Source: Hyphochytrium catenoides
Lineage: Eukaryota > Protista > Hyphochytriomycota
Assembly (NCBI GenBank): GCA_900088475.1
Contig: FLMG01001283.1
Span: forward strand, 8,016 to 72,015
Direction: 5' to 3'
Length of the DNA stretch: 64,000 nucleotides
The notes under the pieces were generated by a model that had not been told where the DNA came from, did no database searches, and saw nothing but the letters and a program-made list of their open reading frames with translations. Below are positions 38,001 through 51,134 of the stretch, one piece after another (position 1 is the stretch's first letter; each line of letters opens with the position of its first letter). A program made the position numbers and the translations under genes.

Positions 38001-38199
38001 CGTAGGCATCTCAGTCGACGAAAAGTTATGAAGGTAAATCCCTCACTACTCATATCTCATTCTTGGAAGCAGCATTTCTCATCTCACCATGAATCAGTCG
38101 CCGTCAAAGCAGTCGCTACGAAGAGACTATGGTGCTGATGCAGACGAGCTGGAGGAAGTTATTAACATCCTGGGCAACACTTCACTCATAGATGGCTGA
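35019..38199 (+). CDS. KIAA1328/hinderin-like coiled-coil protein, multi-exon
   Basis: IVDLCPEEKEKIAKLIKEL..LEEER...LERLKEQN..LRAKLSESVAML resembles the hinderin core (DLCxEDKxxIAxLIKEL); remainder low complexity. Confidence 0.65.
36122..36215 (+). other. U12-type (minor spliceosome) AT-AC intron
   Basis: 5' ATATCCTA, branch TCCTTAAC at 36199-36206, terminal AC; removal joins ORFs 36031 and 36218 in frame (EEST-L-LRAKL). Confidence 0.88.
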
Positions 38200-38446
38200 T
38201 TGCCGAGAAGAGCGGACATTCTTTGTGACTCGCCTTCACTCTTTATCTTAGTATTTATGGCTCAGAGAGAGATATTTGCCCGTTTCGCGTCTAACACATA
38301 TCTCATTACGCAAAGCATGTGAACTTAGGGTGGCCTCAGCTGACCCTTCACGCTCACCCTCTCTCTACTCTCGTAAGCTCGCATCCGTGTAAGGAGGAGA
38401 CACAGTCGCTCAAGCTTCTGTTAATAAAGGAGGGAATGCGACGTCC

Positions 38447-41400
38447 TCAGTCTATGGGATCCTCTATGGCTCTAGGTCTGGGGTTAAGTGAGGGAGTATC
38501 CTCGTCATGTTCTATAGCTGCCTTCACACCGGAGCAAACAGCATCTAGTCGATTAGATATTTCAACCTCTCTTTCTGGAAGCTCCAGTGAGTGGTAGACG
38601 TGCAGCAGCTGCTTGAGCATGCTTATCATATTTGGCCTGTCAGCCAGTCTAGACTCCAAGAGCTCTCTTGCCTCGTCCCAGTGGCTAGACGCGATGGCAC
38701 GGTCCATGTAGAGCTGTATTGAACGATATGAGCAAGAAGCACAACAAGCAGAGTTAACGAAAGGATGTGGAGGGACTCGAAATAGTTGACCGAGGATCCA
38801 AGAGAGCAGCGACAATGATAATAGATAAAGGATTGCTAAAAAAGGCCAGAGCGGCGTGGGAAGAGATAGACAATACCTCTATGATGCAGTCAAGCTGCTC
38901 GGAAGAACCGCCCAGGGCTCTTAGCTTGGGCTTCTCGGTCACCGCCGGTCGTAGGAGACGCAGTAACAATGCGTCGTCGCCTCGAGTGTAGGCTTCGAAA
39001 GCCTTAAAAGTCTCAATAACCGCGGGTACTAGACCATAACCAATCAAGCTTAGTCAGAGGAAATAAGTACCAGGCAAAAAGAGAGAGAGAGAGAGGAGTT
39101 CGGGAGCAAAGAGGTCTGGTCTTTTCATAGAGAAGGCGTGGTAGACAGAGTAGACTTTTAGAGAGTGACGAGTGGAAGCTGTTAAGAGGCTCAAGCAAGG
39201 CAAAGGAGTCATGCATAAGCTTGACTTATCCTCACTACCTTCCGTCGAGTCCTCCACCTTCTTTAGATACGCGGGGTCTTCTCTTCCTAGGTCTACCAGA
39301 GCACTCCAAAGCTATTGCCAGGAGAGAAGCCAGACCAGCGAGGCATAACAAAGTAAGGAGTGAGAGCGCATACTCTCGAATATAATCTGGCCCATAGGTA
39401 GCTTACCAGCACATCGTAGAGAGGGGTTCCTTGCTTCTTCGCGTCCCATTCCTTCGCGTCCATTATCTCCTTTAGCGTCTCTTTTATCTCCTGGCGCTTT
39501 GCCATGATATGTTCTGAAAAAGCAATGGTCAGCAAATCCCGGTTTCGGTTCTACCTCACAAATGCTGCTCCATCCTTTAATGGGCTGCCCAGCCTTGAAG
39601 CTCCTTTCTCGCTTTCTTACTTCTTCGCTCTCCCTTCTTCTCTCCCTCTCCTTTTCTCTGCTCTTCTCTCTCGTTTATGTACGTCTCTTTATCTCTGCCT
39701 GCTCCTTATCGGAACTTCTGACTCTATACCTTGAGGCATCTTCCACTCGCTCTTGATGGGAAGGTCCTCCATATTCATCCTCAGCCTAAGTCTAAATATC
39801 ATTCCGAGTGCGTCCAACTGCACCTCAGAACTCGTGCGGAAGTCTGGAATCCAGATTTTTGTACGAAGGATCCTGAGTACCTCGTCATAGTTGCCTAGAT
39901 AGCAGAGCCAAGCCAAAGAGACACTGGTTAGAAAGAAAACTACCGACTAGGAACGACAAAAACGACATAGGTAGAGGTGTAATATAGACGTAGCAGACAG
40001 AAAGACCAGATATCTTAGGCTGCATGCGTACCCAGTTCGAGCTCAAAGAGGGCGAGATGCCACCAATTGTGTGAGGTCATGAAAGGCATAAAGTTTGTCC
40101 AGTTGGACGAAAAGCTTCGGCTCCATGCTCTTCCCTCCAAAATTTGACCCTAGACGAGTTGACATTGACACTTTGCTGAGGACTGATCGGCAAGGAACAA
40201 TGCGTCTGGAGCCAAAGTGTGACGTGGACCAACTTCTTGGTAGCGTCCTGCCCATGCCCTCTGGTCTTACCTTTGCTAGTAATATGTGTGCTTCTGTATG
40301 CTGACTCCACGGGTCTGAGGATAGGATTTCTACCCCTTTTTTAGCTGCTACCTCGGCCTCGTTCACACGATCATTCTCTTCCAGCGCGAAAGCCTAGTCG
40401 AAGTGGGATTATAGAGGCTATGAGACGGGAGATCTTTAGGACCTCTCTAGGGAAGAAAGTTGTTAAGGCCAGGTAATGACTGGCTAGTGAACGTAAAGGG
40501 TACTGACAATAATCCTAACCTAGTATGACTCGGACATCTGGAAACTTACATACATCCCCTGGAAGTATTGCTTCTCTTTATTGGCCTGAATGACAGGCTC
40601 TGAGTCTATGATCCCAAGCATGCTTTCTGTATCTCCTCTCAGAAAGGCTAACAGCTGCCCCCTCTTCAATGCAAAGAGGTCGGATGGATATGAGGCCACT
40701 ATCTCTTGGTACAGTTCATAGGCCTTTTGTGTATCATGCTGGAGAAGCCTAAATCCCAAGAGGGGAGAGGAAAAACAGACCACCGTGAGGAAGATTGGTG
40801 AGATAGCAGGTGGAAGAAAGTGCAGGAAGCTAAAAGGTTGTGAGACGTCAGGTGGAAGGAAGTGCAGAAGCTGGTTGGCTTCAGGAGGTAAGGGCAACGG
40901 CTGACACGATGGTGAAGACTGAAAGAGGGGTAAGGGAGAGAAAAAGGAGAGAGAAATGAACAACTAACCATGCCTCACAAGCCTCGAGCAGAAGGATCTC
41001 CCTTTGAGTCACTGCTCGGGTTTGAAGCAAGGACCTTGCCCTCTTTAACGCCTGGACAACATCTTCTTGGGAGCCACTAGATATTAAATGAATTACCAGC
41101 TTAGCCTAACATCATAACCTTTGGACCTGAAGACTGAGGATAGGCTTACTCGACTACGACAAAATCTGCGTACAAGACATGAGCAGCCAAGCACTCCGGA
41201 TCTGACCGGACTGCCTTCTCAATTACTTTCCAGTTGTCCCCATATCTCAGCACCTCCTTCACATAGCTGTAGCAGGTCGCCCAGTAGACCAGCAGCGCCG
41301 GGTATCATAACGGCATAACGCAAGGAGGGGAGAAGAGGGGCATGTTAGTAACGCAAGAGAGAAGAAAGGCTTGCCACCATACTCATGTTGATTCTCGTCC

Positions 41401-41487
41401 GATACGCCGTCCCTTAGCTTACCTGGCAATGGCATCCCGACACTCCTCGGAGTGAGTGCTCCACTCAAGGCCCCACTCGTCCTTCAT
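38447..41487 (-). CDS. TTC38: Tetratricopeptide repeat protein 38-like, multi-exon
   Basis: MKDEWGLEWSTHSEECRDAIA|SYVKEVLRYG, YPSDLFALKRGQ, GM|AFALEE, DPWSQHTEAH, SHNWWHLAL, LGGSSEQLD motifs. Confidence 0.88.
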
Positions 41488-41503
41488 TGTCTTTGGATGT
41501 GTT

Positions 41504-41665
41504 TTACTCAGCACTCATTTCGTCCTCCTCACAGCAGTCGTCTTCCATGCCACACTCGTCGCCGCAAGGGCAGTCATCGCCACAGCAGTTGCATGAGCAG
41601 TCGCAGTCTTCAGCATGTCCGTGGCAGTCGCAGTCACACTCGTCTGGGTGATGGTGCATCCTCAT
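41504..41665 (-). CDS. Metallothionein-like 53-aa Cys/His/Asp/Glu-rich ORF directly upstream of TTC38
   Basis: Manual translation MRMHHHPDECDCDCHGHAEDCDCSCNCCGDDCPCGDECGMEDDCCEEDEMSAE*: 13 Cys in CxC/CC arrays, 5 His, 19 D/E, no F/W/Y. Confidence 0.8.
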   Translation of the reverse strand: MRMHHHPDECDCDCHGHAEDCDCSCNCCGDDCPCGDECGMEDDCCEEDEMSAE

Positions 41666-43131
41666 GTTTACGATTGACGATCTTGAGTTATACTAGGTAC
41701 AATTAGGTCTGACCTTGCGGAAGGAAATGACGAACTGAGGCTTTCTGTAGCCAGAAAGGACGGAATCTCTCCAGCCTCTGGTGGTGGGTTGCAGAGCAAG
41801 CGGTACAGACCAAAGGCAAGAAGGAACAGGACGAAGATCGCGGTCAGGCCAAATCTGAGTGCAACGGCCCTTCAAGTGTTCTTTTCTGCCTCCTCACCCC
41901 AGAGCAAGGAATCTTGCAAGGTCCTCGATAGATGTAAGACAAGGCATGAGAGACAGGGTGGGAATGACGCAGGGAGCGTGTTGAGGACGAGGTACAAGCG
42001 GAACAAGATGAGAGATAGGAGAGAGAGAAGAGAAGGGGAACACGGAGACTGAAGAGAGACGAAGTAGGGAGAGAACGAAGGGAGGATCATGGGGACAGCA
42101 AGATGGGAGGAAGGTACGTATCAGGCGGCAAAGAGGAGGAGGAGGAGGAGGAGGGAAGAGGAGAAAGGACAATTTCTTCTCATCGTCAAAGAAGAACACA
42201 GATCTTCCGAATCTTTAACGATCAAGCCACTTAGAGCGTTATTCCTAATAGAGACGTTTCTATCCAGAAATCTCAAACTCAGTTTCTTGTTTCATCAGTG
42301 CCCTGTTCGTTGTCCACCATCTTGCTTTTGTACTCTGTACAGAGGGTGGATAGGCGAAATTTATAGGTCTCTCGTTATGTATGGTACGGGGTGGGTGGGG
42401 GTTGACGGGTACGACAGAGGCACGCCCAGAGATTGCACAAACAACAGCAAACAACTAACAACGCAAGAGAGAAGACAATGACCCCATGAAGACTGACGCT
42501 AGACTGACGACGCTAGTGACTTGATAATCGCTATTGAAGCGCTCATAGTTACCAATAAAGTTAACTTTTGGTGAACTGATTACTCGATTCAGGATTGATT
42601 CGGTCTTGAAGTGTCCTTGTTGATCTCTTTCAAAAGAAAAGTTGGAACGTCACGATCGGCGAGGCTTCAGACTTCAGACTCCTGGCGAAGACAGAGCTCT
42701 CGCTTTGCTTACTACTAGGGCTTTCTCAGCTTAATCGTTCCAGTTCTGCTCAACAAGGGCTGGTCATCTTGAGACCATTAGCCTCGCCTTCTGATCTTCG
42801 GGCGCACAGAAACACCCTACAGGTGCCTGATCTTGTCCTAGTGTTGACTACGTTGACCGAAATACTCAGGGAGGACTAGTAGACCTTGACACACTTGTTC
42901 GCTGTTTATGGACCCTAGTCTAACGTGTCCAGCCAACAACCCACGCCTTGCGACGAGGTCATAACCCTCAATCACCCTACTTCTTCCCCAGCATGATTGC
43001 AAAGCTGGCACTGTCCTCTACCCGCAGATGTTCTGCCCCTGCCAATAGACGCTCACAGTAGCTTATTGATGATTAATCGTGCCTAAGACTGCACTGGAGC
43101 CTTAGACCTGTTACTTTGGCTTGTGCTTGGA

Positions 43132-46100
43132 ATGGCAACTGAAGCTGTTACAGGTGATTATTTAATCAAAGGTCCTTATCGCTCAATCTAACAGCTTTCA
43201 TAGAGTACAGAGACCTCATCAGGGAGCTGTTGGAGGTAGACACTGAGGCAGTCACATTGCCACGAGCCTATAATCCACAGGTCAGCCGCCAGATCAAGCA
43301 TCATTGCCCATGCTCCATAATATCGGTTTACACTCTCCTCTGTACAGGGTATTTCCTATCGCCGCGATTCAACTGAATCGTTAGAAGAGGGTCTACTCTC
43401 CCCTCTGCCCTCCAAGGATGACCACCAGGCTTCCAGGTCTCCCTCCCCGGCCGTCATCGAAGTATTAGTCCACGAAGCGGAGAGAAGCGACGCAGGCTCC
43501 AAAGCTGCCGAGAGGAGCCCAGCCTCCACAGTCTCTTATACTGAGATTGATTCGGTAGATGGAGAGGAGAAAAGAGTGGAATTACCAGGAGAATCTCTGC
43601 GATTTACAGGAGGTTCACCGCGTTCTCCCTCCACCCGCCATTATGAGGCCCCTTCCAAGGCCATTATAGGGGCAATGACCCCCTCTCCCGTCAGCTCTAG
43701 AGGCCAAGCATCTTCTGAGCCTCGTTTGCTGAGAAGAAGGTTAGATACTACCCACAGTCCTTACTTTTTGCACCCCGAAGAAAGTACTAATTCTTGCAAT
43801 ACTAGGAGTTCGGGTTTTGACTTCATCCAGCAAGCCGCGGAGGACCAGGGAAGCGAAGCGGTATGTAAGGTCATAGACACTTTGAGAGAAATGAAATAGA
43901 AGTTAGGGAGCGGGAATCAAGTTACCGAGCGCCCTTCGACGGTGGACTAGACGGAAATACCATAGCGAGAACGGGACTGCGAGAGAGGTAATGGCTAATC
44001 CCGTCTTTTAGTCTTTCAACCTACAATCGGAGGCGGACAGCAAAGAAATAGAGTCGCAGCTGACAGCTCTAGAGGGCATTTTGAGCAAGCAGAACCGTGA
44101 TGTACTGGAGCATGTTCGGGTGCTGGTAGCTGCAGAGCGTGCACATCTCCAAGGCCAGGAGGAAGAAAGGGACAGGCAGAGGACAGCTGCCCACTCGATG
44201 GAACTAGAAAGCTTGCGGGTAATATTCTCTCTTCATCGAGTGACCCCGCGTCTTCTAATTGCTGACTACTTCTAGGAAGACCTCACCGACCTGGCAGAGA
44301 GGTGTGGACAATTTGAGCGAATAGCAACAGTCCAGTCAAAGATCAAGCTAGCGTTGGCCGATTACGTTGGAGATAGAGTAAAGAAGATGGTAGGAGAGAA
44401 CCCAAGAACAGAGCACCCTTTTCCAACTTCTAACCAATAGAGCATAGTAATGGGAGGAAAGTGGTAACGGGAGGCAATGGGCAAGGAGAGATGTTCTGTG
44501 GAGCAATCAGAGTATGGAAGAAAGGGAGAGTGATACAGGATAAGAAAAGGCTTTGGACACAATTGATGGTGAAAGTGGCTGGTGAGAGTGATTTGCCTTG
44601 AACAGTACAGGGGGTGGGACCCTAAGCCAGAAGCGGAACCAGCTGTTGGTGGTAAGAGGCCTCTAACATTAGACACCGTGTTCCCCTGCCTCTTAGGAGC
44701 ATTTAATGAGGAAGCGGCGAGTATTCTCGGGTTGGACAGTATGGAAGGCTCGTAGTCGAAAGAAAACAATGGCCACACGGATAGCTATGTTGCACTACCA
44801 GAAGGTGGTACTCCAAATCTGTTCAACTCTCATCCTTTCTGACAACTTACCTTATAATCACCTTCCGATTATCTGGGGGAGCAGCGGCTCTTACAGACCA
44901 TGTTTGCGGCTTGGAGGATCCAAGTGTGGAATCTTAAGAACGACAAGATTCAACAGCGCCTTCAGGTGGGATGATCTTTTTATCGAACCGATTGTTGACT
45001 GGGCTCATATCTCGGGCGCTATATAGGTGGACATCGAAGCAGCAAATAAAGGACTGAAGGCTGAATATGAGGATCGGATACGCAAGGTGCGAACAGAATC
45101 TTCTAGCGTCATTCTATATATTCAAGTCCCGTCATCTCTCTGCTGATTGATTGCGTCCGTATTTCAGTGCGGTCACTCAGAAACCGCAGGGCGTCTAACC
45201 GCCACTGCTCTGCTTAAACGTGCAGCTAGAAGAGGAGCTTGGTCATGCAAAGATAGAGATAGAGACCGGTAAACGAGCAAGAATAAAGCTGGTAAGGATG
45301 CCGCTCACTTCGGGCTGGTTATCTCACCATACACTCTTCATGTTAGCTTTCGGTTCCCTTTCACTTTTTCTAGTTGTTCGACATCTTCATTTAATATTTG
45401 ATGCTTGAACTTTTCATTTTTTGTTCTGTCAGGAAGAGGATCTCAGAAGAGCCTTTCTGCGAGGTGTCTCCATTATGAACTTGGAAGCCCTCAACATTTT
45501 CAGAGCAGGGACGAGCTCAGCTGACACCACGACCGACAGCGCGGAAGTGGACAAGAACGTTGCAGAAAGAAAGGAAGATACTTCTACTTCTCTCTCTCAG
45601 CCCATTGGTCCGTTAGAAGATCCTCTTCCCTCATCTTCATTGTTCACGGGTGGTAAGTAGACTATTGAAGGTCTATATTGTTACTTTAGCTAAGCTTGCT
45701 GACTCCTTTCGCGTGTCTTTAGGTGAAGAATACGCTTTCGTTGAAGAGGTCACAGAAGGCCTTCTGGGAGAAACTGCTCTAGACGACATGTCCAATGGCC
45801 AATCGAGTCTTATCTATCCTCGATCTAGGAATAATGACCAGCCTGTTAATGGGATTGGTTCCTCTCTGGCAATGTAAGAAAATGGTCTCTTCCGCTTTAG
45901 TTTCAGTTATTGTCGTCTAAAAAGAATCCTCTCCCTGTCTTTCACTCTCTGCATCGCCTCCCTCTATTGCACACCCTATGAGAAGACGTCACAGCCTTGG
46001 ATATACCACGTCTGCGTCCCCCAAAAGAGTCGAACAACCACAAGAGGACGACGTGAACGAGGATGAGAGGGACCTCTCACTCTATCTACCTTCAAGAAAT

Positions 46101-46511
46101 TACTCACAACCGTCAATGCCAGTCAGTAGACCGTCGCTCCATACTGCGAAAGCGACTAACTCAAGCTTCGCCGATAGTAGAAGCGCAGCAAGGAAGAGAG
46201 ATCCTGGCCGCGCTAGCCACCCTGTGCAAACCTCTACTTCCCAAAGTGGGCCGAGAAGCGCCTCTAATAGTCGCAACCATTCCTCGCTTTTCTTGCGACA
46301 ATCCTCGTCCTCTCTTCCCGCTGGCCTCCCTGGCCAGTTTTCAGAAATAAAGGGTCTAGAGTTGGATTACAGAGAGACTACTGAAGACCAGCCTCGGCCT
46401 ACGCCACGGCCGATCCCTCAAGCAGTGGCGAAGAAGACCATTATATCTTCTAGGAAATCGACGGGGACTTCCAGAGCCAGTCAATCCGCACGAAGGGTGC
46501 TGACCCGATGA
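43132..46511 (+). CDS. POC5: POC5-like centriolar protein, multi-exon
   Basis: EEDLRRAFLRGVSIMNLEALNIF resembles the POC5 hallmark; Sfi1-type L.RRVFSGW and LLQTMFAAW segments; spliced start MATEAVT|EYRDLIRELLE|GISY. Confidence 0.78.
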
Positions 46512-46848
46512 GAAAGAGTTTCTTGGATAATGCTTTGATGCGGAAGCGGAGTTGGACCATAAGGACCAAAGGCCAGAGCTATATCTTTCTACCCATGAGA
46601 CCTTGTGAGAGCATCAGGTCAATGGCTTCGCCCATTCTATGCTTTGGCTCGACATTTACATCTATACATTAATACCCATTTGAAAGGGCTCAAAAGTGCC
46701 CTGAAGTTGTTCATCGAATCTCAAGGGGTGGCAAGAAGACAGCGAAGAAGGGAAGGCGCAGGGATGACATAGCGCGACTAGGCAGATTTCTATGTTATAC
46801 ATTATACAGAGGGAATATGAGTTACAAGGGCCGCCGTCATCCTGGAAC

Positions 46849-49800
46849 CTATGATCTCTACAAGCAAGAAAAAGAGTGTAAGGACTCACTATAGCTTTAT
46901 ATGGGAAATATCGGTCATCCAGAATAACAAACTGATAGGAAGTGTGACGGATGAAGGAGGAGTTCTGGATGGAGATAAAGTAGGATCGGTTGCCGACCTG
47001 ATCGCTTGACCCGTTGCCCGTGGTGCTGTCCTTGTCCTCTGCGTCCTTGATCATTACTAGGAAGTCGGCGTCCACCTAGAAGGCAAGAAACATACAAGAG
47101 TAGAGACAAGCCCGTTATGGACAACGCTAAGAAGAGGAAGAGCAATGGAGGCACTCCAAGATGTAGACAAGAGAACGGTTTGGCTAAAAGTTCGGGTTCA
47201 ATGACACAATAACGCAATGGAGGAGAAACAATAGAAGGTCCAAATATGAGCGGAGAGGCCAGGATCAATCAGAACTTTGGTCGTACCTTTCTTAGAAGCT
47301 CTTCCATCTTGTCATCTTTCTCTGTTGTGGCTGCATTCTCTTCTTGCTGAGCATCATAGGCAGCCCTAGAGATGATCCCAAGAATTAGGGACCCAGAAGA
47401 CAACCAAACTGGAAGTCGTGGCTAGCAGTACCTCTTTCTCCTAAGGTCTCGTTCTCTAATTTCCAGATTCTTCTCTCTCTTGGTCTCTCTCTCTAGCATT
47501 GACGCAATGGCCGCTTTCTCATTCGCCTGCTGGACTGCAAGCCCCTCGGACACCTAAATTGAGAAGAAGACGGAGATCTAAATGGCAGAACGCCGGGACA
47601 ATTGAACAAGAGAGGCATATGCCTGGGATAATGCACTCTTGGGATCAGAGGATCAATATATGCTCCAACGACATCAAAACAAACAGGAAAGAGGACTCAA
47701 AGTTTTTAGCCCATAGAAATAGTGGGACGAATCTTACCTCTAGCAGTGAAACCATGCCATTCTCATCACCCACCGCCACTAGCCTTCCGCCACTGGCGCT
47801 GTTTCCCTGTACGCAGATCGAAGAGAGGCCGGCATCGCTGACCTTGTGTGAATATGCTACCTCATTCTGGCGATAATGATAGTCCCAAATATCCACCACT
47901 CCGTCCATCCGTGTTACAAAGAAGACTCCGGCCCTGGTAGGTGACCAGCATGCTGCTGTGAGGTATGACTCATGGTACGTTGTGCTCATGATTGGACTCT
48001 TGATGTCCTCAGACCACATCTTAGCGGTCCAGTCCCCAACAGTGAGGAAGTACTTGTTATGCGTAGGATTGCGCTGTAGGGAGGAAGAGGTACGGTCTTT
48101 AGAGATACTAGAGAGTGTACGCTGGACTCTGTTCAACGTTGACAAATGCCAAGGAAGATAGGCACCAAACAAAATCCCAGCAAGGCCTGCTTAAGAACTT
48201 GACTTCTATGAGGAGAAAGAAAGCGGAAAGAGAAAGAGAGAAGAGCGGAGGCATGAAAGACTTCGCGCCAACCTGGATAGAGTAGATGGGTCCATGATGC
48301 TTCCCTGGTCCGTTATCGTAGACCGTGATCCCGTTATTCTGCTTCCTGTTCCTCAGATTGATGGACATGACCACACCCTGTTCCGTTCCCACAAGATATT
48401 TAGTCGGCCCTGCTTCAGTGTTATACTCTAACGAACTGCCGCCCAGGATGTTGCCTTCAGCCTCCAGAAGGAGAGAGTCTGTAGGTTCTCTAACAAGGGA
48501 CGACTATTAGCCGGGGAGATGGGCCAAGGGTAAAGCAAACGACAGCCGAACAAAGTGAAGGAAACAGCTGATGCTGCAGGACCAGTCAAGCGATCAGAGA
48601 ACAGATCAATATCGATAGGAGTCAGCGAACAAGAAGAGACTGCCAAAATTATCAAGACGTGTGCCTAGACAAAGAGAAACAACGAAGAGACAGCGCCTCC
48701 ACATCACAATGACAAGAGAAAGAAACGAAGGACCAGTTCTTCTGCTAGTTCGGCATTCGAGGAGCCAGTTTGCCTATCTCTTTCTTACCCTAGCCTCCTA
48801 GTATCCCACCAAAGCATCTGTCCGTCAGTGGAGACGCTGACGCACTGGTTTCCCGTCTTTGATGAAATCCAGTAAACATCATACACAGGATCGTGATGGC
48901 TCTTCTCAATGATTGAAGTCTCAACGGGGCTTGTGCCCTTTCGCAGATCGAAGAAAGAGATGAGGCCATTATAGCTGCCCCCAACTATGGAATCAGGAGA
49001 CTTTGGGTTGAAGCGCATGCAGACTAACGGAGAAGCAGGCTTCAGGGTCTTATCAGGAGTGTTTGGGTTGAGGATGTCCCAGATATAGGATGCTCTAGGT
49101 TAGGCGTGGAGAATCCATGGAGGACAAGAGCCGGAAGGCAGCACGATCCCACCAAGACGAGACAGCAGCGAGCAAAGGGAAGAAGCAAGGTGAAAACGGA
49201 GAGAAAATGAATAAGAAGGCGGGTCGGTTAGTTGAAGCTTGACAGACAGTCCCAGAAGACGAAATGGTGCATGGGCATGAAGGTGGTCAAATAGAGAAGT
49301 CATATCTTCACCATGGTGTCAGACAAAGACTATCAAGGACCACCGAGGGGTGAGAAGACGATGAAAGGAGGGGTTATTATGAAAGCGAACCCCGATGAAT
49401 TGAAGTGCCGATAGTCCAGAAGAGTTATTGGGAGCTCCAAGGCCTCAATCGGACCCTCGAAGACTTCCTCCGCTCACCTGGGCATACTATGAGTTGTGAA
49501 ACGGGGATCCTGAAAGGTGAGGAAGGAGTACGAGGCGGCGATCTTGTTTGGATTCTCCGGATGCCAGTCAATATTTGTCACTGTGCGCTTGATCTGGTTC
49601 GGGTCACGGAAGACAGCCAGTCCTTTGGCGCTGGGAGGCTCAACCTCGACATCAACCGCGTCTCCCTCAAAGTAATCGTCATAGATATCGATCGTGTTAT
49701 TTTGCTTTAGGCAGCGGTCAATGATGGGGCCCAGCATCTTGACGGAGAGCTTATAGTCTGCATGTTACCATGAGGAAGATTAGCCCGGAACAAGCTTAGA

Positions 49801-50281
49801 GCACACGGAGGAGAGCTACTCAGGGTGGCCACTTCACGCAACAAGGCGGAAAGGGATTAACAAGCGAGAGGAGATCAACTATGATAAGCTAAGGTACAAT
49901 GATAGTACCGTCATCCTTCTCAGCCTTCTTTCTGAATCGATTGACGTCACTCTGCTCTGTGGGGTCTACGTCCTTAGGCCATCCGCCCTCAATGTGCCGC
50001 ATGCTGCTGTTCTTGGTGACTAGGCGCTCTGTGTTTACCTCATGCTCAGAGTAGTCAGGCGTTGTCGCGAGGTTAGCGATAGAAGGTTGGCGTTTAACAT
50101 AATTCTTTTCAAACTCATCCGTAGAGGGAACAGAATCGATTATCCTGTAGCGTCGGTGAGTTACACTGCGCGTTAATGAGCTTAGATCTGTTGCCCTGGC
50201 TTACCTGGCCTCGTAATCAGAGAACTTAACCTGCTTGCCGAACTCACTCCTCGACTTCGTATAGAGATAGGCTACTTCCAT
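46849..50281 (-). CDS. DNAI2: Outer-arm axonemal dynein intermediate chain 2 (WD40)
   Basis: MEVAYLYTKSRSEFGKQVKFSD, HIEGGWPKDVD, KQNNTIDIY..YF, SHHDPVYDV.W, FLTVGDWTAKMWSED, WSPTRAGVFF; last small exon uncertain. Confidence 0.93.
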
Positions 50282-51134
50282 CGTGCGTATGTCGATGCCA
50301 GTAGCCGACTACTTAGGTGGATGATGGGTGAAGGAGAAGGTGGAGTAAGCTCGCCGTTCCGCGAGTGTACCTATCTGAAATAGCGGCTCCTCGGCGAACG
50401 ACGGTGGGCGAAGGAACGCTTCCAGTTCTCAGGCCCCTCTGCTGTCTTCAGTCTACGTGTCAATGGAGACCAGGAGCGAGGTCAAGGGAGAAAGCCTTCG
50501 GTTGAGGTCGATGAAGCTTCATCGGACCTTCATCAGACGCGGACTATGAAGCTCCCAGATGCTGCCGCTCCGCCGTCTTCCTTGACACTTTGCGTCGGTT
50601 CGCCCTGCCGCCTTACTACGGCGCCCTGTAATAGTTTTATAGGTTATTTGTATGTCTTGGGGCCCGACTATTACTACTGGTCATACATATTAGGGATAGT
50701 GGCTTTGCGTTCCGCTTAGAGCCTTCAGCTATTCCTGATACCGCTCTAAATCCCTCAGGGTGATGCTTCTGATGTTTTGCATACATCTTCCAAGAAGTTT
50801 AGCCATTGTTGCTCTTCTGATCTTCAGTGTCACGTCTTGAGTCAAGCGAGCCTACCTGGTCATGGTAGAAGATGCGCGATGGGGGAACGAACCTGCAAGG
50901 TCCGGTCTCTAGTCAAGCTTATGCCATAGGGGAGGTTATGTCTGGTGGGAACAGACACGGTGCGGTAGCAAGGTTAGGATGACTACGATATAGACTTCTG
51001 CATGATAGAGGTCCCCAAGGTAATTACGAGCTTTTGATGGAGCAGGCTCTATACCTGACCGCTAAGGAGATCCAAGGTGCATGTGAAGAGCAGCACAAGT
51101 TATCAAAACTTCCAACCATTTCAGACCGCCAGGC

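Noticed and set aside
41530-41645. gcagtc-type repeats as a CRISPR array or minisatellite
   Set aside because: Explained by Asp-Cys codon repeats on the minus strand
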